Source: Desulfobacterales bacterium
GTDB lineage: Bacteria > Desulfobacterota > Desulfobacteria > Desulfobacterales > UBA11574
DNA: 64,000 bases
Direction: 5' to 3'
Assembly (NCBI GenBank): GCA_022340885.1
Contig: JAJDND010000055.1
Span: 1,907-65,906, forward strand
Position numbers and translations under genes: made by a program. Under the pieces are notes generated by a model. It made no database searches and was not told where the DNA came from. It worked only from the letters and a program-made list of their open reading frames with translations. This document shows positions 36,847-48,516 of the stretch, piece by piece (the first letter of the stretch is position 1; the number at the start of each line of letters is the position of its first letter).

Positions 36847-38215
36847 TATCGATATCGATTTAATTAAAAAGTATGACACGCCCGGACCGCGATACACCAG
36901 TTATCCCACAGCGCCGCATTTTAATGAATCGTTTACCCACAAAGATTATCTTAAAGAGATCAAAAATACCAACCGGGGGCGAAACCTGCCCGATTTGTCG
37001 TTATATTTCCATCTGCCCTTTTGCGATACACTCTGTTATTTCTGCGGATGCAACATGATCGTGACCAAAAACCGAGAAAGGATCAAGCGATACATCGATG
37101 ACGTAAAGCGCGAGATAAACCAAATAACGACGCACCTTTCAGGGGACAGAAAAGTCGTCCAGCTTCACTGGGGTGGCGGAACGCCGACACATTTGAACCC
37201 GGAAGAAATCATTGATTTAAATTTATACATTCATGATCGTTTTGAATTTAATCCTGTCGTAGAGGCCGGATGTGAAATCGATCCCAGAGAACTCACCAAG
37301 GAACATCTTGAGGCTTTGAGAAGCGGCGGCTTCAATCGCATCAGCATGGGGGTGCAGGACATCAACGAAAGCGTTCAAAAAGCGGTTAACCGGATACAGC
37401 CCGAAGCGCTGACCCGACAGGTCGTCCATTGGGTGCGTGAATTGGGATTCGACAGCATTAACCTCGATTTGATGTACGGGCTTCCCTTCCAGTCAGCAAA
37501 AAATTTTGAAAGGACTGTAGATGCCATCATCGATATTGATCCGGACAGAATCGCTTTGTTTAATTTTGCATATGTCCCCTGGATGAAAAAACATCAAAAA
37601 GCCATTCGTCCTGAGGATTTGCCTGCTCCCGAAGAAAAGCTGGACATCTTCAAAATGGCAACTCAAAAATTGACACAAGCCGGCTATGTATTTATCGGCA
37701 TGGATCATTTTGCCAAGCCCGATGATGAACTCGCACTGGCGCTGAATGAAAAAAAGCTTTACAGAAATTTCCAGGGCTACAGCACCCATGCGGGCGCGGA
37801 TCTATATGCCATGGGAATTACCAGCATCAGTCAGTTCGGGCGCATCTATGCACAAAACATTAAAAAAGAAAAGCCGTATCGTGCCGCACTTGATCAGGGA
37901 ATTTTACCGACAGCCAAAGGATGTTATTTGAGCGACGATGATCTGTTGAGGCGGCATGTTATCATAAAACTCATGTGTGATTTTGAACTCGACTTTGTTT
38001 CAATTGAGGATAAATTCAACATCGATTTCGAGGCATACTTCGGCCTGGGGTTGAGCCGTCTGAATGAAATGATGGCCGATGACCTTCTTTTTATAGAAAA
38101 CAGGACCCTTAAGATAACCCACATGGGCAGACTGCTGATTCGAAACATTGCCATGAAATTTGACGGTTACCTTGAAAGAAAAGAAGATTATGCCCGTTAT
38201 TCAAGAACCGTTTAA
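36839..38215 (+). CDS. hemN: oxygen-independent coproporphyrinogen III oxidase
   Basis: GPRYTSYPTA, HLPFCDTLCYFCGC, GMDHFA, RNFQGY and YSRTV. GTG start inferred. Confidence 0.95.
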   Translation: MFDIDIDLIKKYDTPGPRYTSYPTAPHFNESFTHKDYLKEIKNTNRGRNLPDLSLYFHLPFCDTLCYFCGCNMIVTKNRERIKRYIDDVKREINQITTHLSGDRKVVQLHWGGGTPTHLNPEEIIDLNLYIHDRFEFNPVVEAGCEIDPRELTKEHLEALRSGGFNRISMGVQDINESVQKAVNRIQPEALTRQVVHWVRELGFDSINLDLMYGLPFQSAKNFERTVDAIIDIDPDRIALFNFAYVPWMKKHQKAIRPEDLPAPEEKLDIFKMATQKLTQAGYVFIGMDHFAKPDDELALALNEKKLYRNFQGYSTHAGADLYAMGITSISQFGRIYAQNIKKEKPYRAALDQGILPTAKGCYLSDDDLLRRHVIIKLMCDFELDFVSIEDKFNIDFEAYFGLGLSRLNEMMADDLLFIENRTLKITHMGRLLIRNIAMKFDGYLERKEDYARYSRTV

Positions 38216-38306
38216 AGAATCAGGGCACAAAATTTCAAGACGGTTTATCTATCTCTGACTCGCGCATCGCGGGAGGTTTCTATGCCATACTGGGATAAAT
38301 ATTGAT

Positions 38307-39275
38307 ATGCATCAGTACGCGATAGTTCTTTTCAACCTGGGGGGGCCGGACAATTTGCACGCCGTAAAACCCTTCTTATATCATCTGTTCAGCGATCGGG
38401 ATATTTTTAACATCCCGGTGGGGCAGAAAATATTCGCGAAACTGTTGTCCGGTCTTCGCGCACCGAAGGTTAAAGAAAAATATCGATACATCGGCGGGAA
38501 ATCTCCTGTCAATAAGTGGTCAGAATTGCAGCGGTCCATGCTTGAGCAGGATTTGAAAAAAGTGATTTCCGGCGCCGCCGTATACACTGCCATGCGCTAT
38601 TGGCACCCGACCATAGAAGACGCCGCCCGGAAAATATCCCAAAAACCATACGACAAAATTACCCTGCTTCCCCTTTACCCCCATTACTCTGAAACAACCA
38701 CCGGATCGTCAATCAATGAATGGCAAAGGGTTTATCGGGGAGACAAAGACAAGGTGAACTATATTTATGCATATTACGACCACCCAAAATATATTGCGGC
38801 GTTAAATGAAAGAATCGATGAAGCGATGATGCGCTTTCCCGTAAATGTCCGCGAAGATATTCAAATCGTATTCAGCGCACACGGGACACCGGAACGCCTC
38901 GTGACAAAAGGCGATCCTTATTCGATGCATATCAAAGAAACCGTCGCGGGTGTAATGAAGGCGCGCAATTTTTCCCATGAATATCATATGTGTTTTCAAA
39001 GCAAAGTCGGTCCCGGCAAATGGCTCGGCCCGTCAACCGATGCGATGATCAATTCGCTTGGAGCAAAAAGAAAAAAGCAATTACTCCTTGTTCCCGTTAG
39101 TTTCGTATCCGATCATATTGAAACGCTGTTCGAGCTCGACGTTGAATATCGACGGATCGCGGACAAGGCAAATATCGAAAATTACGTGGTCATGCAAGGA
39201 TTGAACGATTCAAAAACGTTTGTCGCCGCTTTAAAAGATCTGGTGGTTCAATCGATTCAAATCAACCAAAACTAA
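38307..39275 (+). CDS. hemH: ferrochelatase
   Basis: NLGGP, MRYWHP, LYPHYS, FSAHG, FQSKVG and FVSDHIETL. Confidence 0.96.
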   Translation: MHQYAIVLFNLGGPDNLHAVKPFLYHLFSDRDIFNIPVGQKIFAKLLSGLRAPKVKEKYRYIGGKSPVNKWSELQRSMLEQDLKKVISGAAVYTAMRYWHPTIEDAARKISQKPYDKITLLPLYPHYSETTTGSSINEWQRVYRGDKDKVNYIYAYYDHPKYIAALNERIDEAMMRFPVNVREDIQIVFSAHGTPERLVTKGDPYSMHIKETVAGVMKARNFSHEYHMCFQSKVGPGKWLGPSTDAMINSLGAKRKKQLLLVPVSFVSDHIETLFELDVEYRRIADKANIENYVVMQGLNDSKTFVAALKDLVVQSIQINQN

Positions 39276-39294
39276 AGGAAAATCGTGCCGGCGT

Positions 39295-40707
39295 ATGGAT
39301 AACAGCTCGATTAAAATAACGATTTTAGGCGCAGGCATATCAGGCCTTGCCACAGCTTTTTGGTTGAAGCGGAAAGGATTTGAGATAACGGTACTTGAGT
39401 CGAAAAAAGAACCCGGCGGGTCCATGGTCACCCGGTACGAAAATGGATTTTTGATTGATTACGGACCGAACAGCGGATTGGAAACAACACCGCTGATCGG
39501 AAAACTTGTCGAGCAGGTCGGGCTTAAAGACGAAATGATTTATGCATTAGACGCGGCGAATAAAAGATATATTTTAAGGAATAATCAACTTCATGCCCTG
39601 CCGACCCATCCGGTTGCGTTTTTTAAAACAAAACTGTTTTCACCGAAAGCGAAATGGCGTCTTTTGGCCGAACCGTTTTCGAGAAAGTCCAGTGAAGGCT
39701 ATTACCAAAGCATTTCCGAATTTGTAAGCAGAAGATTGGGCCGGGAATTTCTGGATTATGCGATAAATCCCTTCGTCGCCGGCATATTCGCAGGGAATCC
39801 CGACAAACTGAGCGTGCAATCCGCGCTGCCCAAACTATATCGATTGGAAGCGGTATACGGCGGATTGTTCAAGGGATTGATTTTCGGTGCAAAAGAAAGG
39901 AAAAAACGGGCGGAGCCGTCCAAACAGCGTGCAAGGATGTTCTCGTTTAAAAAAGGGATGCAAAGTTTTCCCGCAGCCATTGCCGGCAAACTGGAAAACA
40001 GCATCAGATATGATTGCAAGGTCGAAAGCGTCGCGAAGTCAGGGTCCAAATTTAAAGTCATGTTCAGCCATAATCACCGGTTGGAGGAAATGATTACGGA
40101 TATTGTCCTATCGACGGTTCCCGCGTATCATGCCGCTTCGGTGTTTAATGGTTGGGAAAATAAGCTGCTGGATCATTTGAACAACATTTATTATCCGCCG
40201 GTAAAGGTGCTGTATCTAGGGTTCAGGAAAGAAGCCGTCGGTCAACTCCTGGACGGATTCGGATTTTTAATCCCGGAAAAAGAAAATAAAACGTTTTTGG
40301 GAGCAATATGGAATTCAGCCATATTTCCTTTTCGGGCAAATGACGATATGACGGCGTTCACACTATTTATAGGCGGTGCGCGATCTCCCGAATTGTTTGA
40401 AAATGACGACGGCAGGTATATGGGCACGGTGATGAAAGAGTTTGGGGAAATAATGAAGATTAGAAAAGGCCCCGTGTTTATCACAGAGAAAATGTGGCCG
40501 AAGGCCATCCCCCAATACAGTATCGGATATATCGAACACGAAAGATACTTTGATGCGTTCGAGTCGAACAATCCCGGTATTTTTTTAAGCGGCAATTACC
40601 GGGGAGGAATTTCCGTGGGTGATTGCATAAAAAATTCAAAATTGACGGTTATACGGATTTGCGAATATGCAAACCAAGTGCGAACCGAAGATAGGGAAGG
40701 GAATTGA
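39295..40707 (+). CDS. hemG: FAD-dependent proto/coproporphyrinogen oxidase (HemY type)
   Basis: GAGISGL, GPNS, GFGFLIP, AIPQY and GISVGDCI. Confidence 0.92.
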   Translation: MDNSSIKITILGAGISGLATAFWLKRKGFEITVLESKKEPGGSMVTRYENGFLIDYGPNSGLETTPLIGKLVEQVGLKDEMIYALDAANKRYILRNNQLHALPTHPVAFFKTKLFSPKAKWRLLAEPFSRKSSEGYYQSISEFVSRRLGREFLDYAINPFVAGIFAGNPDKLSVQSALPKLYRLEAVYGGLFKGLIFGAKERKKRAEPSKQRARMFSFKKGMQSFPAAIAGKLENSIRYDCKVESVAKSGSKFKVMFSHNHRLEEMITDIVLSTVPAYHAASVFNGWENKLLDHLNNIYYPPVKVLYLGFRKEAVGQLLDGFGFLIPEKENKTFLGAIWNSAIFPFRANDDMTAFTLFIGGARSPELFENDDGRYMGTVMKEFGEIMKIRKGPVFITEKMWPKAIPQYSIGYIEHERYFDAFESNNPGIFLSGNYRGGISVGDCIKNSKLTVIRICEYANQVRTEDREGN

Positions 40708-40720
40708 AATGACGGAAGCG

Positions 40721-40940
40721 CTTCGCCAACCCGCCTGTTATAGACCTTTGAAAAACGCCCCTTTTTGCCCAATTTCTGCGTCAGGCTCAAATTTTAATCC
40801 TCAAAATACTCAATGTATTCATTTGGTTAAAATTATCGCCTTCCTTGAACTTGAACAAAAATGAGCATTTTTCAATGGTCTCTGTTATGAGAGGCACTGA
40901 CGGGCAAGTATCGTTTATCGGGCGAGCATACCCCCTGAAC
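40721..40940. repeat. copy of a second repeat family, interrupted by the MITE
   Basis: The flanks join to give CGCCAACCCGCCTG..GGCAC..GTATCGTTT..CCCCCTGAAC, matching 53731-53803. Confidence 0.65.
40742..40881. mobile_element. hairpin MITE-like element with 7-bp flanking duplication
   Basis: TIR AGACCTTTGAAAAA/TTTTTCAATGGTCT; CTGTTAT at both 40735-40741 and 40882-40888. Confidence 0.75.
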
Positions 40941-41047
40941 TCGTTTGTGCGGGTCTTCAATGGATCGGCTGCACCTTCTTGCCTTGACATCAGCAGCATA
41001 TTGACTTAAAAAAGTTTTTCATTTTGTCGATGATAAGTGGTTATGCC

Positions 41048-41617
41048 ATGATGAAAAACCGCCATCTATATCGCATTATATTTTCCGTTATAGCCGGAAT
41101 CGCTATATCCATAATATTTTTGACGGGATTTGCAGTATCGCGGGGTGTGGAAGGCGCCGAACAAGACAAAAGAGCTGCAGAAACCATAAACTCGGTCTCA
41201 ACCGTTGTACATCTGTATTTTGCGGATAAAAACAATTCATTTCTCAAAGCAGAAGATCGAACTTTTCTGCACTCGAATCATCCGGCGAAATTTGGTAAAG
41301 CGATTATCCAGGCGCTGATCGAGGGCCCCAGGACCGGACTGATGAGAACAATTCCGGAGAATTCAAAGCTGAAGGCATTTTATATCACCGGGGACGAAAC
41401 CGCTTATGTTGATATGTCCAATGAATTCAAGGGAAGGCATTCCGGCGGGGTTAAATCAGAACTTTTTACAATCTATTCAATGGTCGATTCACTGGTGTTG
41501 AATATCCCTGAAATCCATGCCGTAAAATTTTTGATCAATGGGAAAGAGTCCATGACCTTAAACGGTCATATCGATCTGCGTTATCCATTTAAAGCCAACA
41601 TGCTTTTGATACGATGA
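41048..41617 (+). CDS. GerMN-domain membrane protein
   Basis: N-terminal TM, LYFAD, LIEGP, YSMVDSL and V.FLINGK. Start uncertain. Confidence 0.85.
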   Translation: MMKNRHLYRIIFSVIAGIAISIIFLTGFAVSRGVEGAEQDKRAAETINSVSTVVHLYFADKNNSFLKAEDRTFLHSNHPAKFGKAIIQALIEGPRTGLMRTIPENSKLKAFYITGDETAYVDMSNEFKGRHSGGVKSELFTIYSMVDSLVLNIPEIHAVKFLINGKESMTLNGHIDLRYPFKANMLLIR

Positions 41618-43647
41618 AAAAAAAGGAATCCATTAAAAATATTAGAAATATCGGAATCATAGCCCACATTGATGCCGGGAAGACCACCGTAACCGAGCGG
41701 GTTTTGTACTATACCGGGAGATCCCACAAGATCGGCGAAGTTCATGACGGCGAAGCGATAATGGACTGGATGCCCGATGAACAGGAACGGGGGATTACCA
41801 TCACCTCCGCCGTTACCACGTGCCACTGGAAAGGACGCGACATCCATCTCATCGATACGCCGGGACATGTTGATTTTACCATTGAGGTGGAACGCTCCCT
41901 GAGGGTGCTTGACGGCGCCGTTGGTGTTTTTTGCGCGGTCGGCGGTGTGGAACCCCAGTCGGAAACGGTATGGCGACAGGCCGACAAGTATCATGTTCCA
42001 AAGATTGCATTCATCAACAAACTCGACAGGATTGGTGCGGATTTTTTTGGCGCCATTGAAATGATGAAGAAAAAGTTAAACGCCAATCCGTTGATATTAC
42101 AACTGCCGGTCGGTTCTGAAGATGATTTTTCGGGGATTATCGATCTTATCGACATGAAGCAGGTCGTCTGGGAAGATGAGACACTGGGCGCGACATTTAA
42201 AAGAGAAGATGTTCATTCCGATCTGCTCGAAACAGCAAAAGCGTATCGTGAAAAACTGATCGAAACCGTGGCCGAAGTTGATGACGATATCATGGAGGAT
42301 TATATATCCGAAAATCCCATCACTTCGGAAAGCCTGCTTGCCGCCATAAGAAAGGCAACCGTCAATTTGAAACTGGTACCGATTCTCTGCGGGAGTGCTT
42401 TGAAAAATAAAGGCATACAGCCGCTTCTGGATGCCATTGTGGAATTTCTGCCCAGTCCTGTGGACGTTCCGCCCATCAAAGGCACTCATCCCGAGACAGG
42501 ACAGCATGTCGATTGCCGGGCAAACGACAAGGACCCCCTTGCGGCGCTGATATTCAAAGTTTCGATGATCGAAGGACGGAAACTCTCCTACGTCCGTATT
42601 TACAGTGGAACGATGACGACCAAAGCGGATGTCTATAATCCATCCCGCAAGATCAGCGAAAAAATTTCCCGGATATTGAGAATGCATGCCAATAAGAGAG
42701 AACGGATCGATTCCGCTGGTGCCGGCAGTCTGGTTGGTATTATTGGATTGAGAGATTCCTCTACGGGAGAGACCCTTTGTTCCAAAGATCATCCTGTTTT
42801 GTTGGAAAGAATAGAATTTTACGAACCGGTTATTTCCATCGCTGTGGAGCCCAAGACCCATGCCGACCAGGAAAAGCTCGATCAGGTCCTCGAGAAATTC
42901 ATGGCTGAAGATCCGACCCTTAGACTTCAAAAGGACGAAGACACCGGGCAGACCATTTTGTCCGGCATGGGAGAACTGCACCTTGAAGTGATCATCAGCC
43001 GTATGCTCCGCGAATTTAACACCAATGTTAATGTGGGAAAGCCCCAGGTTGTCTATCGGGAAACCATCGAAAAAGAGGGGCGCGCATCTGCAATATTCGA
43101 CAAGGAAGTGGCAGGAAGCCGGCACTATGCGGAAGTCGAAGTAAAACTGCTGCCCCGTAACCGGGGTTCCGAAAACACATTCAGATCTGAAATTACCGAC
43201 GAAACAATACCGGAAACATTTATTCCCGCCATCAAAAAAGGTGTGATGGAAGCGCTGGAAAGCGGGGTGCTGATGGGATATCCTGTCGTGGATGTTGAAG
43301 CTGTATTGACTGGAGGGGTTTATAAGGATTCCTTGAGCACCGAACTGGCCTATACCGTGAGTGCGTCCATGGCGTGTAAGTCCGCTCTTGAAAACGGCGA
43401 ACCCTTTCTCCTGGATCCGATTATGGATGTCAAAGTGTATGTTCCGGAGGCTTTCATCGGAGACGTCATCGGGGATCTTAATTCGAGAAATGGAAAAATC
43501 GAATCCATCGAACACAAGATGGGTGTTCAGGAAATAAAGGTCGTTGTACCGTTGGCGCGTATGTTCGGATATTCCACATCATTAAGATCGGCAACACAGG
43601 GCAGAGGAACGTTCACCATGCAGTTTTCTCATTTTGACAGGTGTTGA
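41614..43647 (+). CDS. fusA: elongation factor G (paralog outside the str operon)
   Basis: [33 protein letters not shown] and LRSATQGRG. Confidence 0.93.
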   Translation: MKKKESIKNIRNIGIIAHIDAGKTTVTERVLYYTGRSHKIGEVHDGEAIMDWMPDEQERGITITSAVTTCHWKGRDIHLIDTPGHVDFTIEVERSLRVLDGAVGVFCAVGGVEPQSETVWRQADKYHVPKIAFINKLDRIGADFFGAIEMMKKKLNANPLILQLPVGSEDDFSGIIDLIDMKQVVWEDETLGATFKREDVHSDLLETAKAYREKLIETVAEVDDDIMEDYISENPITSESLLAAIRKATVNLKLVPILCGSALKNKGIQPLLDAIVEFLPSPVDVPPIKGTHPETGQHVDCRANDKDPLAALIFKVSMIEGRKLSYVRIYSGTMTTKADVYNPSRKISEKISRILRMHANKRERIDSAGAGSLVGIIGLRDSSTGETLCSKDHPVLLERIEFYEPVISIAVEPKTHADQEKLDQVLEKFMAEDPTLRLQKDEDTGQTILSGMGELHLEVIISRMLREFNTNVNVGKPQVVYRETIEKEGRASAIFDKEVAGSRHYAEVEVKLLPRNRGSENTFRSEITDETIPETFIPAIKKGVMEALESGVLMGYPVVDVEAVLTGGVYKDSLSTELAYTVSASMACKSALENGEPFLLDPIMDVKVYVPEAFIGDVIGDLNSRNGKIESIEHKMGVQEIKVVVPLARMFGYSTSLRSATQGRGTFTMQFSHFDRC

Positions 43648-45104
43648 CGCAGATCTTCAAAATTCATATTCCAATTCTGCTGGGTCTTATCCTTTTCGGT
43701 TATTGTCTCTCTATTTTTTCGGATTTGTTTTAATAATTTTTCGATGTCGGCCTTTTTATCCGTATCGCTCATGGTTTCCAATGCCTTTTGCAGATGGAAA
43801 ACGGCGGATTTGAAATCAGACTTGTCTTTGTAATAAATCCCCAGATAGTAATGCGATAGGCCGGTTTTTCTTAATTTATAATACGTTTCTCCCAGGGCAT
43901 AATACGCCTGGGTGTAATCCGGTTGATTGTCAATAAGCTGTTCGAACGTTGAAACGGCATCCGTAAGATGCCCGAGTTCCACCTGGGTCCGGCCGAGATA
44001 ATAAAGGGCTTCCGGATCATTGGAAATGATGTTGGAAGCACCGTCTAAGATGCTGAAGGCCTGCTGATAGTTCCCTTCCATGAAATAGAGACGGCCGATA
44101 TCTTTTAACATGTAAGGATCGAAGCCCTTTTTCGCCAATGCAACCTTAAGTTGTTCCACAGCATCTTCACGGTCGCCTTCTCTTTCCAGCACCAGGGCGT
44201 ATCCGTAATGCCCCAGAGGATTATCGGGGTGTTTTTTTACCTCTGACTGAAATTTTTGCTGCGCTATGGCCTCATCCCCGTACAGCGCCACGAGCCGGGT
44301 GTTCGCTCTTTCAAATGGGTAGGAATCTCTGGGGATGATGGGTTTTTTGTGTTTTTCAAGCCAAGTATCTATATACCCCATCCGTTCCTCCGATCCCGGA
44401 TGGGTGGTCAAATAAGTCGGGATTTGATTTGAGCCGAACCATTGCTTGCTTCGCATTTTTTTCAGTGACGTAACCAATCCGATGCCGTTATACCCCGCTT
44501 TCCTCAGTATGCTGAGTCCGATCTGATCGGCCTGTCGTTCGTCTTCACGGTCATAGGCCAGTGTTAACGATTGACCGGCGGCGACAGATCCGATGGTCAG
44601 TGCATTGGCAGCCGCCGTTGCGCCGCCGGTTCCAAGGAGTACGCCGGCCACGACACCGGCAAGCGTGGCGATGTTTACTTTTTTAGCCCTTTCTATTTTC
44701 TGGGAAATATGGCGGCACATGACATGTGAAATTTCATGGGCGAGAATACATGCAAGTTCTTCTTCGCTATCCAAAGCCTCCATCAATCCGCTGTAAATAA
44801 AAATATGACCGGCCGGTGTTGCAAACGCATTATAGACATCATCCTTTATGACGTAAAAATGATACGTAAAAGGCTGGGGCGGAAGGGTGGCGACAAGCCT
44901 TTGGCCGACTTTGTTGACATAATTCACGATGGCCGGGTCTTTGATAATTTCATAATGTGCCTTGATAAGTTTCATGAACTCGCGGGACAGATCTTCTTCC
45001 TGTTTCAGCGTAATCCCTGAAGCGACTTTTGGGAAAATCATGCTGCACATCAGAATGAATACCATGCATCGCAAGCTATATTTATTAACCATTTTCATTA
45101 ACAC
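43629..45104 (-). CDS. M48 metalloprotease with TPRs (BepA/YfgC-like)
   Basis: Signal peptide, [21 protein letters not shown] and TPR repeats. Confidence 0.9.
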   Translation of the reverse strand: MLMKMVNKYSLRCMVFILMCSMIFPKVASGITLKQEEDLSREFMKLIKAHYEIIKDPAIVNYVNKVGQRLVATLPPQPFTYHFYVIKDDVYNAFATPAGHIFIYSGLMEALDSEEELACILAHEISHVMCRHISQKIERAKKVNIATLAGVVAGVLLGTGGATAAANALTIGSVAAGQSLTLAYDREDERQADQIGLSILRKAGYNGIGLVTSLKKMRSKQWFGSNQIPTYLTTHPGSEERMGYIDTWLEKHKKPIIPRDSYPFERANTRLVALYGDEAIAQQKFQSEVKKHPDNPLGHYGYALVLEREGDREDAVEQLKVALAKKGFDPYMLKDIGRLYFMEGNYQQAFSILDGASNIISNDPEALYYLGRTQVELGHLTDAVSTFEQLIDNQPDYTQAYYALGETYYKLRKTGLSHYYLGIYYKDKSDFKSAVFHLQKALETMSDTDKKADIEKLLKQIRKNRETITEKDKTQQNWNMNFEDLRQHLSK

Positions 45105-45212
45105 CTCGACAAAAAGCGTATTGAAGAACGATCTTATCTTTCAATCGGGTAATAGTCAAATCATATCCTTATCTCCTTTTCAAACATCATGTTTTATGCT
45201 AAGTCTAAGGCC

Positions 45213-45980
45213 ATGGCAAAAATCATTTGCATAGCCAATCAGAAGGGCGGCGTGGGGAAAACGACGACGGCGGTAAACCTCTCGGCTGCCATGGCTGTTT
45301 CGGAAAAAAAAATCCTTCTAGTGGATTGTGATCCTCAAGGCAACGCGACAACCGGTTTGGGAATTGACAAAAACGGTGTTGAAAAATCCCTGTATCACGG
45401 CATGATCGGCGACGCCCAAGCCGAAAATCTTATTTTGGACAGCGATATCGAGACCTTGAAAATTATACCTTCGCGGGTTGAGCTGATCGGTTTTGAAGTG
45501 GAAATGATGTCGGAACCCCAACGAGAAACAGTTTTGAAAACGCTTTTATCCCGGGTTAGAAATTCATTTGAATATATCATTATCGACTGCCCCCCGTCTT
45601 TGAGCCTTCTGACGGTTAATGCAATGACCGCAGCCGATTTGATACTGATTCCCCTCCAGTGTGAATTCTATGCATTGGAAGGCCTTGGCCAGCTTCTCCA
45701 GACCATGAAGCGCATCAAACATAATCTGAATCCGAAGCTTAAAATCGGCGGCATACTTTTGACCATGTTCGACAAGAGAACCAACTTGTCCCATCAGGTG
45801 GCTGAAGATGCCGAGAAATATTTCAAGCATCTGGTATATAAGACCATGATTCCGAGAAACGTCAGATTGGGTGAAGCGCCGAGCTTCGGAAAACCCATAT
45901 TGCTCTATGATGCCGCTTCCATCGGTGCACAAAGCTATTTTGATCTGGCCAGAGAAATCATGAACCATAAATCATCCTGA
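45213..45980 (+). CDS. parA: chromosome partitioning ATPase ParA/Soj
   Basis: NQKGGVGKTTT, DPQGNAT, DCPPSL and EAPSFG. Confidence 0.95.
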   Translation: MAKIICIANQKGGVGKTTTAVNLSAAMAVSEKKILLVDCDPQGNATTGLGIDKNGVEKSLYHGMIGDAQAENLILDSDIETLKIIPSRVELIGFEVEMMSEPQRETVLKTLLSRVRNSFEYIIIDCPPSLSLLTVNAMTAADLILIPLQCEFYALEGLGQLLQTMKRIKHNLNPKLKIGGILLTMFDKRTNLSHQVAEDAEKYFKHLVYKTMIPRNVRLGEAPSFGKPILLYDAASIGAQSYFDLAREIMNHKSS

Positions 45981-46100
45981 ACGGATGATTCAGTGTGCAA
46001 TGAGTACCGATTCAGGTGCAAAAGGTTGAAGATTGGCACAGACCCTGAATTACCGACAAATATTTAAGAAACTGCGCCACGAATTAAAAGTGAAAAAGAA

Positions 46101-46994
46101 ATGAAAATAAAAAATGCCGAAACCGGCCCGAAAAAGACCAAAAAATTGGCCCTGGGAAGAGGCCTTGACGCCTTGCTGCCGGACATCGAGCCCGTGGAAG
46201 ATACGGCGTCAAAGGAATATTTTTCGTGTGATATCGATTTGATTCGAACCAATCGCTTTCAGCCCCGTTTGCAGTTTTCAGATGAGGAACTGGAGGATAT
46301 GGCCCGTTCAATCCGTCAGCAGGGAATCATACAGCCCCTTTTGGTGAGAAAAGACGACATCGGATATGAACTCATTGCCGGCGAGCGGCGTTTGCGTGCC
46401 GCTAAAAAAGCGGGGTTGAATCAGGTGCCGGTCCTTGTCAAAGTCATCACGGATAACGATATGCTGGAAATGTCCATTGTTGAAAACGTCCAGCGGGCGG
46501 ATTTGAATCCCATTGAAGAGGCAGAAGCCTATTACCGGCTCATCACGGAGTTCGGTCTTACCCAGGATCAAGCAGCGGAACGGGTCGGAAAGAGCAGATC
46601 CGCCGTAGCCAATTTTTTAAGACTTCGCCAGTTGCCCGCTCAAATAAAGACGTCCATTATGGATGGCGTCCTGAGTATGGGACATGCACGGGCACTTTTA
46701 GGCGCCGGGACCAAGGCGCAGCAAAATGCGGTATGGCGGGCGGTGGTTTCAAAAGGGCTGTCGGTGAGAGAAACCGAGCGTTTGGTAAAACGTTTGAAAT
46801 CGCAAAAAGAGACGCCGAAAAAGTCATCGTTGAACTCAGACCTGTCCTATTTTACAGATATCGCCGATGATCTTTCCAGACGATTCGGAACCAAGGTACA
46901 GATTAAACGCCGCGGTCAAAAAGGCCGCGTTGAAATTGAATTTTACACCGATGACGATCTCGACCGTCTGCTGAGTCTGTTAAAGCCGACATAA
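46101..46994 (+). CDS. parB: chromosome partitioning protein ParB
   Basis: LGRGLDAL, QPR, AGERRLRA, ENVQRADLNPIEEA and GHARALL. Confidence 0.95.
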   Translation: MKIKNAETGPKKTKKLALGRGLDALLPDIEPVEDTASKEYFSCDIDLIRTNRFQPRLQFSDEELEDMARSIRQQGIIQPLLVRKDDIGYELIAGERRLRAAKKAGLNQVPVLVKVITDNDMLEMSIVENVQRADLNPIEEAEAYYRLITEFGLTQDQAAERVGKSRSAVANFLRLRQLPAQIKTSIMDGVLSMGHARALLGAGTKAQQNAVWRAVVSKGLSVRETERLVKRLKSQKETPKKSSLNSDLSYFTDIADDLSRRFGTKVQIKRRGQKGRVEIEFYTDDDLDRLLSLLKPT

Positions 46995-47515
46995 TGTCTA
47001 TTCATATTATCATCGACGGATACAATTTGATCCGACAGTCCAATACTCTCGGTCTGATTGACAATCAGGATATTGAGCTTGGCAGAGAGGCACTCCTTGA
47101 GATGCTTATCGCATATCGGAAAATAAAGCCCCATATGATTACCGTTGTTTTTGACGGTGCCAACGCCCCCCCTTTTTCCCGACGCAAAACTCGCGTCCAA
47201 GGCATCACCATTAAATTTTCACGCAGCGGAGAGGTGGCTGATGCCGTTATTAAAAGGATGGTCACCCGGGAAAAAGAAAAAGCCCTGGTTGTCAGCTCCG
47301 ATCTGGACATCACGAATTTTGCGGCTTCCCGGGGCGCCGCCACTATTGGTTCTTCCGAATTCGAGGCTAAGATTTCCCAGGCCATCTATATGAAGGAAAA
47401 AGGCGTCGAAACCAGTGAAGACAGCGGATGGGTTCCAACGACCAAAAAGAAAGGCCCCAGTAAACGACTTTCCAAAAGAAAACGTCGTAACAAGAGCAAA
47501 ATAAGAAAATTATAA
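46994..47515 (+). CDS. YacP-like NYN domain protein
   Basis: IIDGYNLI, VVFDG, ADAVI and VVSSD. Confidence 0.85.
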   Translation: MSIHIIIDGYNLIRQSNTLGLIDNQDIELGREALLEMLIAYRKIKPHMITVVFDGANAPPFSRRKTRVQGITIKFSRSGEVADAVIKRMVTREKEKALVVSSDLDITNFAASRGAATIGSSEFEAKISQAIYMKEKGVETSEDSGWVPTTKKKGPSKRLSKRKRRNKSKIRKL

Positions 47516-47700
47516 TATAGTATTTTTTTGACCCCATCCCCGCTTTGGATGTCATTGACGTCTGTATCGTTATCTGATAAAAATAGCTTTTTAAACTGTT
47601 TATTTAAACCTGACCGGTGAACCAACCACGGGCATTCAGTTGCAAAAGTCTTCTGAAATTTTTATGGACGGTTCAGATTGTGGCACTGATTTGATAACAT

Positions 47701-48159
47701 ATGATCAATCAAGAGAAAAAATCGGGTCTAAAACGGATCTGCGTCATTGACGGTCAGGGCGGGGGTATCGGCAGTGCGATCATTAAAAAGCTGAAGGAAA
47801 TTTTTGGCGAGACCATTGAAATCATAGCGCTTGGAACCAATGCGATTGCAACAGCGCAGATGTTGAAGGCCAAAGCCAACAAGGGCGCCTCCGGAGAAAA
47901 CGCCATTGTAAGGACCGCTGGAACAGTGGATATCATCATCGGAGCCATTGGCATTATCATGGCACATGCGATGATGGGGGAAGTGACGCCCAAAATGGCG
48001 GAAGCCGTAGCCGGCAGCCCGGCCAAAAAGCTGCTGATACCACTGTCTCAGGAACATATTGAAATTATAGGCATACCTTCAATACCGCTCCCGCATCTCA
48101 TTGAAGCGCTTATACAGGAGAATTTAAAAGATTTCAGCGATGATATCCCGTCCGGATAA
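47701..48159 (+). CDS. DUF3842 family protein
   Basis: VIDGQGGGIG, ALGTNAIAT, GASGENA and GEVTP.MA. Confidence 0.8.
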   Translation: MINQEKKSGLKRICVIDGQGGGIGSAIIKKLKEIFGETIEIIALGTNAIATAQMLKAKANKGASGENAIVRTAGTVDIIIGAIGIIMAHAMMGEVTPKMAEAVAGSPAKKLLIPLSQEHIEIIGIPSIPLPHLIEALIQENLKDFSDDIPSG

Positions 48160-48234
48160 GCCGCTGCCCGAAACGTATTTGTTCTTTTGGAAACTATTAA
48201 ATTTATCTGATTTTACAATTTAAAGGAAGATATA

Positions 48235-48420
48235 ATGTGTGAGGCAAACGCATACCTGATCGAAGGCAATGAAAAGACATTGATTATGGAAGCGGTGGAC
48301 ACCGTGGAACCTGAAGACGGCGGCATACGGCTGGTTAGTATATTTGGTGATCAAAAATTTATAGATGCCAACATTTATTCGCTGTCTCTCGTGGACCATT
48401 GTATTTATTTAAAAAAATAA
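48235..48420 (+). CDS. CooT-family nickel-binding protein
   Basis: MCEANAY..., SIFGDQK and LVDH. Confidence 0.8.
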   Translation: MCEANAYLIEGNEKTLIMEAVDTVEPEDGGIRLVSIFGDQKFIDANIYSLSLVDHCIYLKK

Positions 48421-48516
48421 TAATCCCCCGATTTGACTTGCGGGAATTCGTTATGTAAAAAGGGGTTTTGAAACCGATTCGAGGTCATGTCCGAATACAA
48501 AAGCCCCATGAAGTAA

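Noticed and set aside
42097-43515. 472-aa minus-strand ORF
   Set aside because: Antisense shadow of fusA.
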